A stretch of 39,062 bases of DNA from Octopus bimaculoides (GCF_001194135.2 NC_068988.1:35288412-35327473), one strand, 5' to 3'. Shown: positions 1 to 14,290, counted from the first letter of the stretch. The notes: generated from the letters alone by a model not told the origin. Program-made: numbers and translations.

Positions 1-76
1 ATATATATATATTCATACATGTTTGCATACATACACACATACAAACATGCATACATACATACATACATATATATGA

Positions 77-112
<36 letters not shown>

Positions 113-616
113 TTATATACACGCGCATATTGGTACACGCACATATATATACATACCTTCGTATACGTAGAGAAAAAGAAGAATTGCAAGCCACAGTAGG
201 AATGAAGACGTGTGATAAAAGTGTCATGTCTGTATAAGTGGAAGCCAATGGTAACAGAAACGACACAAAGTTTTCAAATAAACAACAAAAAGTAAAATTA
301 AGGAGGGAGAATTGAAATTAAACTTATCTAAACCATACAGACAGACAAGAATAATGGTGTCTGATGCTTGCTTTTGAACGTAATCTGGAATAAAGTCAAG
401 CACAGGCCGAATATAACGGCATTTGTATATGTAAATATATGTAAATACACAGACAGGATGTAGTCTGTAAATATTCATTTTGTGTGTCACTGTGTGAGCG
501 TCTTATTATGTGAACTGAATTTATATATGTGTTTGTATACCTGTATTTACGTCTCTCTCATTCCACACACACACGCACACTCATATTATATATGTATATA
601 TATATATACACACATA

Positions 617-677
<61 letters not shown>

Positions 678-1130
678 TAAACATGTAGAACTACATTGTA
701 TATATAATCACGTGTATGTGAAGGTGTGCATATATACGCACTGGTATATTTGTACATATAAATATATATCTGCACACACACACATGCACACATACACGCA
801 CATGCAAACACACGCATATGCATCAATACATGCACACATACATACATATATACACACGTATATACGTACACATATCCAGACACACACGTATCAAATACAA
901 AATATATATCATTCATAAAAAAATATATATGTGTATACATATACCCCACACACATATATACAAACGCACACATACACACACACATATATATGCATGCATG
1001 CTTGTATATGTATGTATGTATGTTCGTATGTATGTATGTACGCATGCATGTATACACAGACACACACAGAGACACATGCAGATAAACTGGTAGAGAGAGA
1101 AAAAGTGGATAGATAAATACGCAGATAAAT
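1..1130. repeat. Compound microsatellite region (AT)n/(AC)n/(ATAC)n, interrupted by unique sequence at ~170-530
   Basis: Direct reading; source of the Y/I/H/T/V/C-rich pseudo-ORFs. Confidence 0.95.
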
Positions 1131-2221
1131 ATGTCTGTAAAAAATGTTTATTTTCTCAAAAGTATCTACATATACATACATAAACATATAATTATGTGAA
1201 TATGAAAATACCAGCACGTTTACTGTTTCTTCACCGGCAACATCACATATTGTTATATATTCTAATACATTTATATACACTGCTCCGTATCACCTACTGA
1301 TGTAGTGAAGTTGTAAAACATTACACACTCCTATGTACAAATCTATGTTTTAGAGTCTCACAGACCAACTATCTACATGGCTGCGTATTGTATGTCTGTT
1401 AAAATGTAAACGAAGGAGAGTTACAAAAAACTAAAAAGTAAAAAATATGTGATTAAATATGAAAAATGAAAACTTCAGTACACGGACGTTAAGAAAAGTA
1501 TTTGTATAAATGTAAATGAGAATAGAACGAGAGAGACTGAGACTACAAGCCGACAATATTTGAAGACACCATTACGGCACATTTTGTCATTATTAAATTA
1601 TTTCTCGTTGCTTTGCATCTCTAATGTAGAAGGTACTGATAACCTATATAGTGTAGCAGGCTCTTTGGTCGAATAGCTATACTGAATGGCTCGCGTAAAA
1701 TCAATTAAGTATAGACGTTTTATCCTTGCCAATCAGAATATTGTTTCTGCCTGGCTGTTATTAGAGGGCAAAGGTGAAGTTACACAAGTGTCTTACATTC
1801 CTAATGGCAGAAATTCAATTTGATATCGGTTAACTGTCAAAGTGTTAGGAATTCGGCTAATGATGTTGAAGCAGCATAGAAACTGCTCTGTTAGCGTCTT
1901 TCAGTTGAATAATTCAAGCTCGAAAAGGGCAAACCCTCTGTCATTTAGTCCTTAACAATTATAAAATGTCTACCTTTACATCTCTTTCAATATAAACGAA
2001 TGCTTAGAACGACGTTTGTCAGAAATATTGGTGAAATTTCTTCAACATTTTATATTCTTAAATTCTATAATTTGTATAGTTACAGTACTTTGTCTTTTGT
2101 CACACTATCTGGAACATTGCTCAAGAATAATTATCAGAAAATTGATTGTAGTTCTAAGAAACGGTAAACGAATAACAAATTCATGGAACGTTATTCCGTA
2201 AACTCGTGCCTTAACTGGCAA

Positions 2222-2390
2222 ACTTCAATAGAATCTTTAGAACGTTATAGTGAATGCTTAGGAAGCACTTATCTACAACGATTTTTCGTTTTGAGTTCAA
2301 ATCGTGATGAGGTAGACTTTGCATTTCATTTTTTCTGCGTTCGATAAAATAATTTATCAATCAATTACTGGAATCGATAGATCGAACTAT
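2222..2390 (+). mobile_element. Degenerate tRNA-derived SINE (family A)
   Basis: 'ttttgagttcaaatcgtgatgaggtagactttgcatttcat...ttcgataaaat' aligns by eye with the copy at 19855 (B-box GTTCAAAT and downstream body). Confidence 0.55.
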
Positions 2391-2889
2391 TTCCAACATG
2401 AAAAGTAGGCACAAACAAAATAACTTCCAGTAATTAATCCATTCCCGTTTCCCTGCAGTGGTCTTAATTGCCGGATAATTGTTGATGGATAAACATTGTG
2501 AAAATACTATCCCAACCAAAACTAACAGCCCCATACCGTAAAACTGCTATCGATGCTATCCATACCACCCATACCACAGTTTCACATATCACAACCACAA
2601 CATAAACCACAACTTCAACATACGTTATCACCACTGTTTCGAACTATATCACCTGTACAACAACTTTATCCTACAATACAACTTCATCTTATAGTGGGTT
2701 TAGGGGAATTTTCAGGATGCAGCTTTTCAGATACACTTGTCCTAGATCGACAATATGAGGGTTTTTAATTGTTGGTGAGCAATTATCTGCAAGGAGAGGG
2801 CAGTGAACTTAAACTTGAGATAATGGATTTGTTCCAATATTTGAAATCAATTAGATCATGGTCTTTTTCAGTTAATATTGCAATCACGA

Positions 2890-3103
2890 TTTCTGATTCT
2901 GGCGCAAGGCCATTTATTTTGAGGGAAAGGGTTAATCGATGCCATCGAACCCAGCTCTTGACTAGTACTTTATTTTATCCATAACATCCAGGGGAAATGT
3001 AAAATTGACTTTGATGAGATCTGAACTCAGAATGTAAAGAGCCGGAGCAAATATAGTAAGGCAGTTTTGCCCGACGATTTAACGACCCTGGCTTGCTCGC
3101 CGC
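2890..3103 (-). mobile_element. tRNA-derived SINE (family A)
   Basis: Same motif order as copies at 3412, 3637, 9987: ggcgcaaggcc..atcgaacccag..tgaactcagaatgtaaag..ctcgccgc. Confidence 0.75.
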
Positions 3104-3411
3104 TCTGAATGAGAAATTACATTAATGTCCCTCATCCTAGCCCATAGGGCAGGTATGGGCTTTCAGTTAACTAGGTTGTTTCGCAAATACGTTATTCCGA
3201 AGCCAATACCACTTTGCTGCCTGCTTCACCCATATGTTGTGGCTTTGGACCCGACTAAGTCTAGGTGCATAAGTTTGTTTCACTACACGTATTGCCGTTG
3301 TGGACTCGACTATAAGTGACTGAGTCATCCCAGGTTTGCTTGTAGTGTTCCTTCATTTACGGTCTTGAAGACTTGGTGCACGAACGTGGCAGACCAGTCT
3401 ACTGAGGTCAT

Positions 3412-3627
3412 AATTAATATTGGTTTCAAATTTTAGCTCCATTCAGGGTAACAGGGCTAAGTCGATTTCATTGACCCCAGTACTCAGCTGATACTTATTC
3501 TATTGACCCTGAAAGGATGAAAGGCAAAGTCAACCTCGGCAGGATTTGAACTTAGAATGTAAAGACGAGTTAAATGCAGCTAAACATTTTGCCCAGCATA
3601 CTAACGATTCTGTCAGCTCACCACCTT
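3412..3627 (-). mobile_element. tRNA-derived SINE (family A)
   Basis: Reverse complement gives head ggtggtgagctgacagaatcgttag (A-box-like) and gttcaaatcc (B-box); body gaccccagtact..gaaaggatgaaaggcaaagtcaacctcggc. Confidence 0.85.
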
Positions 3628-3636
3628 ATAGGCTAT

Positions 3637-3860
3637 AATTAATATTGATTTCAATTATTGACACGTGGCCAGCAATTTTGGAGGTGGGGAGAAGTCAATT
3701 AAATCAACCCCAGTGTTCAACTGGTACTCTTTTTATCGTCTCCGAAAAGTTGAAAGTCAAAGTCAACCCCGGTGGAGTTTGATTTCAGAACGCAAAAAAG
3801 TACTAACTGCCGCTAAGCATATCGACCGGCATGCTAACGAATCCGACAGCTCGCCGCCTA
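3637..3860 (-). mobile_element. tRNA-derived SINE (family A)
   Basis: Adjacent second copy with the same motifs, ending cagctcgccgcc. Confidence 0.85.
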
Positions 3861-4611
3861 GCGGCCATTATTAATGTAGCCAGCTCAAGCCAAAAGCCTG
3901 CAGCGTTATCTCATTGACTGTTGTTGTAAAAAAGGCATGTAAAAAGGCAACGAAAACCTCACAAGAAATTAGATTAGAGTATCAATAGATAAAAGTCTAA
4001 ACGAAAATTGCCGGTAGCATATACGTAGTGATAACACTCGGTTTTAATCTGGTGAACAATCATAAAGGTAAGAGTTTACAGGTCAGTATTTCCTTGAAAT
4101 TCAGGCACAAACAGAACTTTTTATAATTTCTTATCTCCGACCTGAATCGTTTAACATAGAGACATAGATATTCATGCTACAGGAACTGACCAACACAAGT
4201 TGTATTGAAAGGAATATATTCAGCTCCTGCAATATGGATGCCAAATATCGCCTGTATGATATATATCTTAAGACAAAAGACAATATTCCACATTTTATAA
4301 TAATGTCAGAGCCAAATTTCAATTTCTACATTTGTTGATAAAGCACTATGATACACATGTAAAACACAATCTGTCGTAAAAAAACACAATTTGAAAATGC
4401 AAACACGTAGTAAGTCTGATATCACACGCCATAACAAAAAACACGACAGTGTACTGATTCTTGGTAGAAAAATACCAAACGACTACCATGCTCTGCAGAA
4501 GCGAGTAGAGTGATAAACGACATGTCTTTAAATACATTCACCTGTTATCTATTTTGACACATTTCAAAAAATGGCAACATATAAGTTGCATAAATATGCT
4601 ATTTGATAAAT

Positions 4612-4742
4612 TGGCTGAATTGGCAGAGACGACAAAACGTCGGAAAGATTGCATTACAATATTTTTACCGACTTTTTCTGAGTTCAAATCCTAGGGACGT
4701 CAGCTTTATATTTCCTCTTCTCGGGGTCAAAACAACAGAAGT
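4612..4742 (+). mobile_element. Degenerate tRNA-derived SINE (family A), 5' part
   Basis: ggctgaattggcagagacg...ttctgagttcaaatcc...tcggggtc matches the head of the 19855 copy. Confidence 0.6.
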
Positions 4743-5800
4743 AAACTAAAGCACTAGATTGGAAGAACTGTATGAACGTCGTGCCGTACGCTTTGGGGTT
4801 TCCTATTTCATCTCTTTGCTTTTTGAGGTAAAATCCCACTATAACATACCTGAGCAGCAGACGTAGCTACTCACACGGTTTAGCACTACCATCTGGTACC
4901 CTGGGTGCTTTTAGCAGAGTCCCTCTTGTTAAAAGCCTTCAGTCAGGATTCCACTATCAGGACACACCAACCCTTCCCACAGATTTCCTATAAATGTTCA
5001 TGAGCACTTCCTCTCCTATTCTCTCAAACATCCTTACATTATATTTGGCAACCCGGAACATCTGTCTTAGGCTTCATTCTTAATCTTCAACAAAAGTATT
5101 CAACTCTAAATACTTTTAAGCATATTTTCTGTTAATGCTTTTATTTACCATGAATATTTTTGAAGAATTTCTAAACATTGAGCATGCATGCTAATATTTT
5201 TATGTATATCCTCCAAGATCTTCCTAATTCTTGTTTCTAGAAAGGAAACTTTTAATGTACCTCTCAAGTCATGAATACTAAAGGTAATAAACTGGCACTT
5301 CCTATTCTATAGTATAACTCAAACAATACACTCTCAAAGACAAATGTAGCACAATCAACATCCAATCAAATAATACACGACACAACCTAAACAATTACTA
5401 CCACAGAAAATCCCGCAGGTTGCACAAAATACACTGAATGACACCTAACGTTAAACATAACGCATATTCTAACACAGTCAACACTCTATATAATAACATA
5501 ACACTCTCTTCTATGAAAGATGCTCGACACTATGCGGCAAATAAATCACACAACTTAGATTCTGCGCAGTTGCTACAGAACAACAAACCACACAGTACAC
5601 AGCACGTGGGATTCTCTACAGTCACCGTCCGACGTAACGCTAATCATGCAGCAGGTATAAAATCCAAGCACCACCCTTAAAAAATAATGCAACTCAAATG
5701 CGTTAAAATTCTCATGAAAACACAACGGTTGAGGTTGTAACATCAATAACAGAAGAATATATTACATATGACATAACCAGAAAAATTTTAGTCGTAAGCG

Positions 5801-5975
5801 CAGGTATGGCTGTGTGGTAAGAAGTTTACTTCCCAGCCACATAGTCCCGGGTTCAGTCCCACTGCATGGCAGCTTGGGCAAGTGTGTTCTACTATAGCCT
5901 CGGAACGACCAAAGCCTTGTAAGTGGATTTGCTAAACGGAAACTGAAAGAAGCCTGTCGTACATATATGTATATA

Positions 5976-6056
<81 letters not shown>

Positions 6057-6253
6057 GTGTGTGTGCGTTTGTTTTTATGTGCGCGTGTCGTGTTTGTGCC
6101 CCGAGCCATCGCTTGACAACCGATGCTGGTGAGTTTATGTTCCGTAACTTAGCGGTTCGGAAAAAGGCCTCGACAGAATAAATATTAGGCTTACAAAGAA
6201 TAAGTCATGGGGTCAATTTCTACAACTAAGACCCTTTAAAGCGGTACTCCAGC
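5801..6253 (+). mobile_element. tRNA-derived SINE (family B) with internal (AT)n/(GT)n microsatellite
   Basis: Head caggtatggctgtgtggtaagaag (A-box-like), gggttcagtccc (B-box-like); body continues after the 5961-6066 microsatellite (cgcttgacaaccgatgctgg..taacttagcggttcgg..ggggtcaat); second degenerate head at 28443. Confidence 0.8.
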
Positions 6254-7949
6254 ATATTATAAAATACACTATGAAAATATAAGCATTATATAAAATATAT
6301 GAGGAGATATATGAAATATAAGTTACTGTAGTATTTTATAAAATATATAGTGAAGATAGAACCCATATATATTAGAAACTATCTATAACATATAAGGGTT
6401 TATATGCATTTATATACAATTATAAAATCAGATTAGCATCCGTATAGAAAGCCAATAAAATAATTTAAAAAATGTCGTGTCCAAATTAAAGTAATGAAAT
6501 AAGAATAAAATTCAATATGAAAATATTCTAAACGAAGATGAAAACAGAAAGGAAGTAGATTTTTAAGGCCTTATTACGTGTAATATATTGCAATCGTAAT
6601 ATATGAATAAATGAAGATAATTGTGCAAATCCAAACAAAAGAGTGAATCGTAGACACGAAACCAAATCCTGAAGGAAAACAATATTCTAAAGATCTCTCT
6701 CTTTCTCTCTCGCGCACTCTCCTCTCTCTTCCCCTCTTTTTTCTCCTACTCTGTCTCCCAGTACCACTTTTCTGATGAGCGTGAACGACTTTTAACCACA
6801 TATCATGTAACGGGTTAAAGAGGAAGTCTATGAGCGGTTGCTTAATCTGCTATGAATAGTAGCCAAATTCATTACATCTTAAACAAAAAAAAATCGACCC
6901 ATATTGAAATATAGTTCCTGATGTACAAAGAAAAAATAAAATTAGTCATCGTTGCAGTGCATTTGGTAACCGGTTTTATTGATCAGAGTTGATATTTCAC
7001 GAATAATAACAACAACGATATCAACGATACGATACTAAATCATACTGGATAAGAGTAAGACTGTTATGGGATACAAACGATCGCCTGCTGTAGATGGATA
7101 ACCTCGATCTATAAGTTGTAGGAGAGAAAAACAGCTTGAAACTCTGTCTAATACGATACACAAATTCAGTGAATATATTAGCGTGATAGTTCGGTTTAAA
7201 GAAAATACCCCAAGGCTATACGGTCGAGACGAGAGGAAAACTAATTAAATCTAGAGATATCATGTGAGAATAAGAAACAGTGATAAGGGAAATATATCAA
7301 AGTCAAATAAACCGATTACAACACACAAATGAAAGAAAAAATTAGAAAGAAATATAGAAGTATTAGATTAATATTTAAAGCTAAGTGTCAACACATCTTT
7401 CCATTAAAGTATTACAATTATTTTCTTGTCAACTTGAAGTTAAATTTGTTTGATCAGAGTGGAAAACATTGAAAATAATGATTGCATTGAGAGGAAACTA
7501 TCAAAAGCTTGTATGAAAATATAGTCGTAATGAAAACAGGGAAATTTGTATCTTACACCGTTAGGAATCTGACATCAGATCGTAAGGTTTCTAAAAATAA
7601 ATGCTAACAAAAATATTACGAACAGCTAGGACAATAAATCCAATGTTTTATCACTGTTAGACATTGTAGGGTTTGAGTGACTTTCCTCATCATTCGTATT
7701 TAACTCTTATTTTTTATGACATGTCTTGTATGTATAAAGTTTATGGTGAATGCAGAAAAAATTATTAGAAGTAGCATTAATATTCAAGTATTTCTATTTT
7801 TATTGATATCACACGTTTTATCCTGTCTAGCAGAGCATAGTTCTTTGTGAAACAGAAACATACAGTGTTTTATGCTTAATTTATATTAATAGTGATGCCA
7901 AATATTGTAACTTAACGCACAGATTACAAGGCTAAATGAAAAGACAAAG

Positions 7950-9830
<1,881 letters not shown>

Positions 9831-9986
9831 TGAAGAGAAGAAAAGAATTATATAGAAAGTACAAAGTAATGCTTCTCATTGCAGACCGCTTACAAAGTTT
9901 ATACAATTTAACACGTGATTAATAACAACAATAACAGTAGCAGCAGCAACGACGACGACAGCAACAACCATCACAATAATAATAAT

Positions 9987-10190
9987 GGATTCAAATGTTG
10001 GCACAAGACCAGCTATTTAGGTAAGCGGGTAAATCGATTACATTGACCCTAGTGCTTAACTGATACTTATTTAATCGACCCCGAAAGGTTGAAGTTGATC
10101 TCGGCAGAATTTGAACTCAGAACATAAAGACGGACGTAATGTCGCTAAGCACTTTTCCCAGGATCCTAGCGATTCTACCGACTCGCTGCT
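9987..10190 (-). mobile_element. tRNA-derived SINE (family A)
   Basis: ttggcacaagaccagc..tcgattacattgaccc..atcgaccccgaaagg..gaatttgaactcagaac..gctaagcac; same as other family A copies. Confidence 0.85.
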
Positions 10191-11150
10191 TTGCCAAGCA
10201 TAATAGATGACGATAACGGTGTGAACGGGACTGGAACTAATGGTGAAGGTGTCACAACCGGCAGGTGCCCTACTGTTCAGCAGGGTGGGCCCAGTAGTAA
10301 TCCAGCAACCGCTAGCCATGATACAAAACATAAACTGGAGTAAACAAGTAAACATGATGGTTATGAAGTGTTACTATCGGAGCACCCCAGTGGATGCGAA
10401 TGGCGTGCCTGTTAGAGGGTACAGAAAACGAATGCACAGTGAATGGAGGGCAATGGAACTGTTCGAAATTACTAAACAGAGATTGTGTGACCAAGCAACA
10501 GCAATACGAAATAATGGATTGATCAACAAAATTGGAGTTAGAAGCAGTTAAAAAAAGGATGCTGGGCATGGGGGAATCGAAAGTGATATACTGTGAATTG
10601 TGAAAGAATTGGGATCAGTGACTACTCAAACAATGAAGGTCGATTAATAATAGACAGAATTTTAGATCTATTAAATATAGCAGGGACATAATTTATGTGC
10701 GACTTTAAGAAGGCTAACTAATGGAGACTAAATGAAGAGACGAGTTAAGTCAATAATGTACTAAGGCACATTGAAACAAAGAACATCACACAAACAAATA
10801 ATCTTATCGGGGCTGCTAGTAGGATTGTGGCGGAAAGGATGGGATGGAGAACTACTGAGAATAGAACAAGGACGAATAGGAGATTAAATAAACAACGGTG
10901 GTGGCAAAGGAGAATTTCTGAAGATATAAACTCCTTGAACAGTGTAGTGTCAATACTTGTCAGAAAAAGAAATGGAGAACTTAGGAATGAATGGAAATTC
11001 GAAAAAGTTAGGAAGAAGTATGGAGTAGATACAAAAGGTCTGAATGCTGTAATTGAAGAACTGAAACGGTGCACACATGCAAGAAAAGCAAAACTAACTA
11101 GATTTGGACAATGGATTAAGCAATAAGAATATTTTATCAAGAAATTAACG

Positions 11151-11228
11151 ACGATGATCTTTTATGGTGTAGTGGATAAGAGCGCGGGCTACTAATCCCA
11201 AGATTCCGAGTTCGATTCCAGGCAGTAA

Positions 11229-11296
<68 letters not shown>

Positions 11297-11439
11297 TCGA
11301 AAAATACCTTGGGAATGAGAACCCAGATTCGAAATTTCCCCAAGACACCTGATGAAGGCTGGAGAGTATATCAGCCGAAACGTTGTGTTAACAACAAACA
11401 AGATGAGGACAAATATCCGTCAAATGTAAATAATGTAAA
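11151..11439 (+). mobile_element. Composite SINE-like element: tRNA-like head + (AAT)n + hammerhead-containing 3' module (family C)
   Basis: A-box TGGTGTAGTGG 11165-11175, B-box GTTCGATTCC 11210-11219, (AAT)n ~11233-11294, hammerhead 11344-11389; flanked by AAATTAACG (11142-11150) and AAATAAACG (11440-11448). Confidence 0.8.
11344..11389 (+). ncRNA. Minimal type I hammerhead ribozyme motif (Penelope-type, palindromic stem III)
   Basis: Stem I GACAC/GTGTT; core CTGATGA 11349-11355 plus one extra A; stem II GGCTG/CAGCC; GAAA 11377-11380; palindromic ACGT stem III; GUU triplet ending at 11384. Confidence 0.75.
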
Positions 11440-13466
11440 AAATAAACGGTGTTGTGCCTGATGGATGCGTCAACAGGAAATACTGCTGACAATTACAGAC
11501 ACATTTTCCTGTCTCCCATTAATGTGGAAGTTTCTATCAGGAAGAATTGCAGACGAACTGTATAAATTTCTTGTTGAGAACGATATATTACCGCCGGAAC
11601 AAATGGGCTGTAGAAGGAGATGCAGAGGTACCAAAGATCAACTATTGTTTGACAAAATGGTAATGCAAGATTGTAAACGAAGGCGAACAAACCTGGGAAT
11701 GGCCTGGATTGACTATCGCAAAGCTTATGATATGATTCCTTATTCGTAGCCCATCGAGGTCTGGAATTGCGAGGAATGTAACGGTTTTCCCGAAAAGAAG
11801 TATGGTGAGATGGAAAACTGGGTAAAGCTTAGGCCCCATAGGTATCAGAAAAGGGGTTTTCCAAGGTGATAGCCTATCTCCGTTGCATTTTCTTCTCTGT
11901 ACGATAACCATGATCTTGGTACTTAGGAAAATGAACCTGGGGTTCCAGCTAGAGGAAAAATCCTAAACAATCAACCTCCTTTATGGATTATTTGAAACTG
12001 TATCGCAAAGATGAGACACAAGTGAGTTCCTTGGTGAACACGGTTCACTGTTTTAGTACTGATATTAGAATGGAATTTGGAATCAAGAAGTGCGAAATAA
12101 CAAAAAGAGGTAAGGTACAGTCCTTTTCAGGGATAGAATTACCGAATAGAGACTTGATCAAGCAAATTGAAACGTAAGGATACAAATATCTACAGTTCAA
12201 TGAGATAATAAAAAAGGAAATAAAAGAGCAATTGAGGATGAAGACTGAAGTTGGTGTTGTGCTCGAAATTGACTGGATGGAATAAAATCCAAGAAGTTAA
12301 TACATGGATGATAGCATCTCTTCGGTATGAAGTAGGAATTATAAAATGGCAAAAGAGAGTCATGAAGGAAATGGATACTAAGGCCAAAAAAATGTTGACA
12401 GTACATGGAGCCTTCCACCCTAAGAGAGACACCGATAGGCTGTACTTGTTCAGAAGAGAGGGGTGGTGAGGTTCGATCAGTTGCTATGACTGTATCGAAG
12501 CAGAGGAAAACAGCCTAGGGTGGTATATAAAAAATTTCGTGGGGCTACTGTTGAAACACACGAAAAATCCGGTGTCATCAAAACTAAAAATTGTGTAACG
12601 AAAGAAAAATTTAAACAAGAAATGAACAAAAAAAAAAACAAGCATGGAAGAAAAAGAAAATGTAAGGTCAGTTTGCAAGAGATGTGAAGACCAAGATAGA
12701 TATAGAAGACCGGTGGCTATGGATAAGGAGGAGTGACTTGAAGTTAGAAACAGAAGCACTCATAGGCACAGCTCAAGAACAAGCGTTAAGGATCAGTCAT
12801 ATTAAGTGCAGAATAGACAACACGACCGATAGCGACAAATGCAGAGTGTGGTGAGAGGGATACAACGGGGCGGCACATCGTTAGCAAATGTCCGAAATTG
12901 GCACAATGCAAATACAAAAGACGCCATGACAATATGGCAAGAATGATCCACTGAGAGCTCTGCGGAAATCACAGCCTACAAAGAGCAAAGACGTGGTATG
13001 AACACACTTCAGAAGGAGTCACCGAAAACGAGAATTGCCAAATCTTGTGGGATGCAATCACCCGACTAGACATCGGTAACCGGACATTGTTGAAAGAACA
13101 TGTATGATAATCGACATAGAATGCCCTGGTGACAACAGGATGAATGTGAAGGAACTAAAAAATAAACAATTATGACGATTCGTTGTGGGAAATACGAAGG
13201 ACATGGTCAACGTAGAGAGTAGACGTGATACCATTAGTAATTAGTTCACTTAGAAGTATCAACGCTCAACTACCAACATGGCTGAAAAAGATCGGTGCAA
13301 ATGTGAAGTTAGAACACCTACAAAAATCAGCAATGCTTGGAACTGCAAGAATTCTCCACAAGATTCTTGAAGTATGGCCAGTAAGCAAGTGTCACTTTAG
13401 TCTGCTGGCTGTGGACAGCTGACACTTTCCATTGTGCCTAGCAAAATAAGCTTTTAGTTTTCATAT

Positions 13467-13511
<45 letters not shown>

Positions 13512-13513
<2 letters not shown>

Positions 13514-14018
13514 TAAAAGCTCGAAATCGAAGTATTCAAGATGAGGGGTATGGAGGTGAAACAATACCAGTAATACTTAGAGCATTGGTCATGATAAAAA
13601 AACATGATAAAAAACGGAGAAGCTATACCTGGGCCTTCAATATTACACACTATCCAAAAGATATCCCTGCTAAGAACAGCCTACATTTTACGCAAGACAC
13701 TATCAATTTACTAATACAACCCAGACAAAACAATTCACAAACACAAGACACAGTCTATATAGCAAATACCCAATAAAATAAACAACCACCAGCAGGCTAG
13801 TTAAACAACAAATTGCACACACAATACAAACACTAATACATCAAAAGACTGCACTAGATCCCATGACAAAGAGAAACTGACGGAATACAACACCGGCGAG
13901 TGTTTGAACCTCCCTCCCAACTACAAAAACGAACACACAATGCTACACATGCCCCAGCAACAAACTGGTGTAGCGGGTGATGCAGCAAAAATTTGTCTGA
14001 AACCACCAAATGTTGAGC

Positions 14019-14080
<62 letters not shown>

Positions 14081-14100
14081 TGATGATGATAATAATAATG

Positions 14101-14138
<38 letters not shown>
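13512..14138 (+). mobile_element. 3' fragment of a second R4/Dong-like subfamily (REL C-terminus, CA-rich 3' UTR, (AAT)n tail)
   Basis: LEIEVFKMRGMEVKTIPVILRALVMIKK resembles the REL C-terminal 'EI.RMW..KT.TIPII.GALG.IKK' segment; ends in (AAT)n 14019-14138. Confidence 0.6.
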
Positions 14139-14189
<51 letters not shown>

Positions 14190-14290
14190 TTATCGTCTTT
14201 TCACAGCTTCTAACGCTGTAGATGTACTACGGTGTCAGCTGTTCACTATAAGTGAACTAAGGTAACACCCCTTATTTTTCGCCCTCTTCT
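14139..14290 (-). mobile_element. 3' end of an R4/Dong-like LINE in the opposite orientation
   Basis: Reverse complement ends ..gtgaacagctgacaccgtag..aaaataataat(AAT)n; shares ACAGCTGACAC with the copy 2 3' UTR (13415-13425 vs 14232-14242). Confidence 0.6.

Larger units (their letters stand above)
10200..13510 (+). mobile_element. R4/Dong-clade non-LTR retrotransposon pseudogene (N-terminal region, RT, CCHC knuckle, REL endonuclease, (AAT)n tail), copy 2; internally deleted and interrupted at 11151-11439
   Basis: N-term MVMKCYYRS..RGYRKRMH..QRLCDQA and RWWQRRISEDI..VIEELK; [47 protein letters not shown] (~11860), MDYLKLY; CRV.GERDTTGRHIVSKC..KRRHD (~12840); PDIV..IIDIECPGD (~13080); LQKSAMLGTARILHKILEV; tail 13468-13510. 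Confidence 0.9.

Noticed and set aside
19-1280. ORFs rich in YI/HT/VC/MYVC (also at 16.9-18.3, 21.7-22.8, 32.3-33.1, 38.2-38.8 kb)
   Set aside because: Translations of dinucleotide/tetranucleotide repeats and N-gaps
1855-1902. Hammerhead-like CTAATGA-TGTTG..CAGCA-TA-GAAAC
   Set aside because: Core has A instead of G5, stem II is not adjacent to GAAA, and no stem I partner
4770-5760. Possible additional LINE remnants
   Set aside because: Composition resembles LINE 3' regions, but no convincing motif could be read
11151-11232. Functional tRNA gene
   Set aside because: No proper acceptor stem and a short anticodon stem; followed by (AAT)n and a SINE body, so treated as a SINE head
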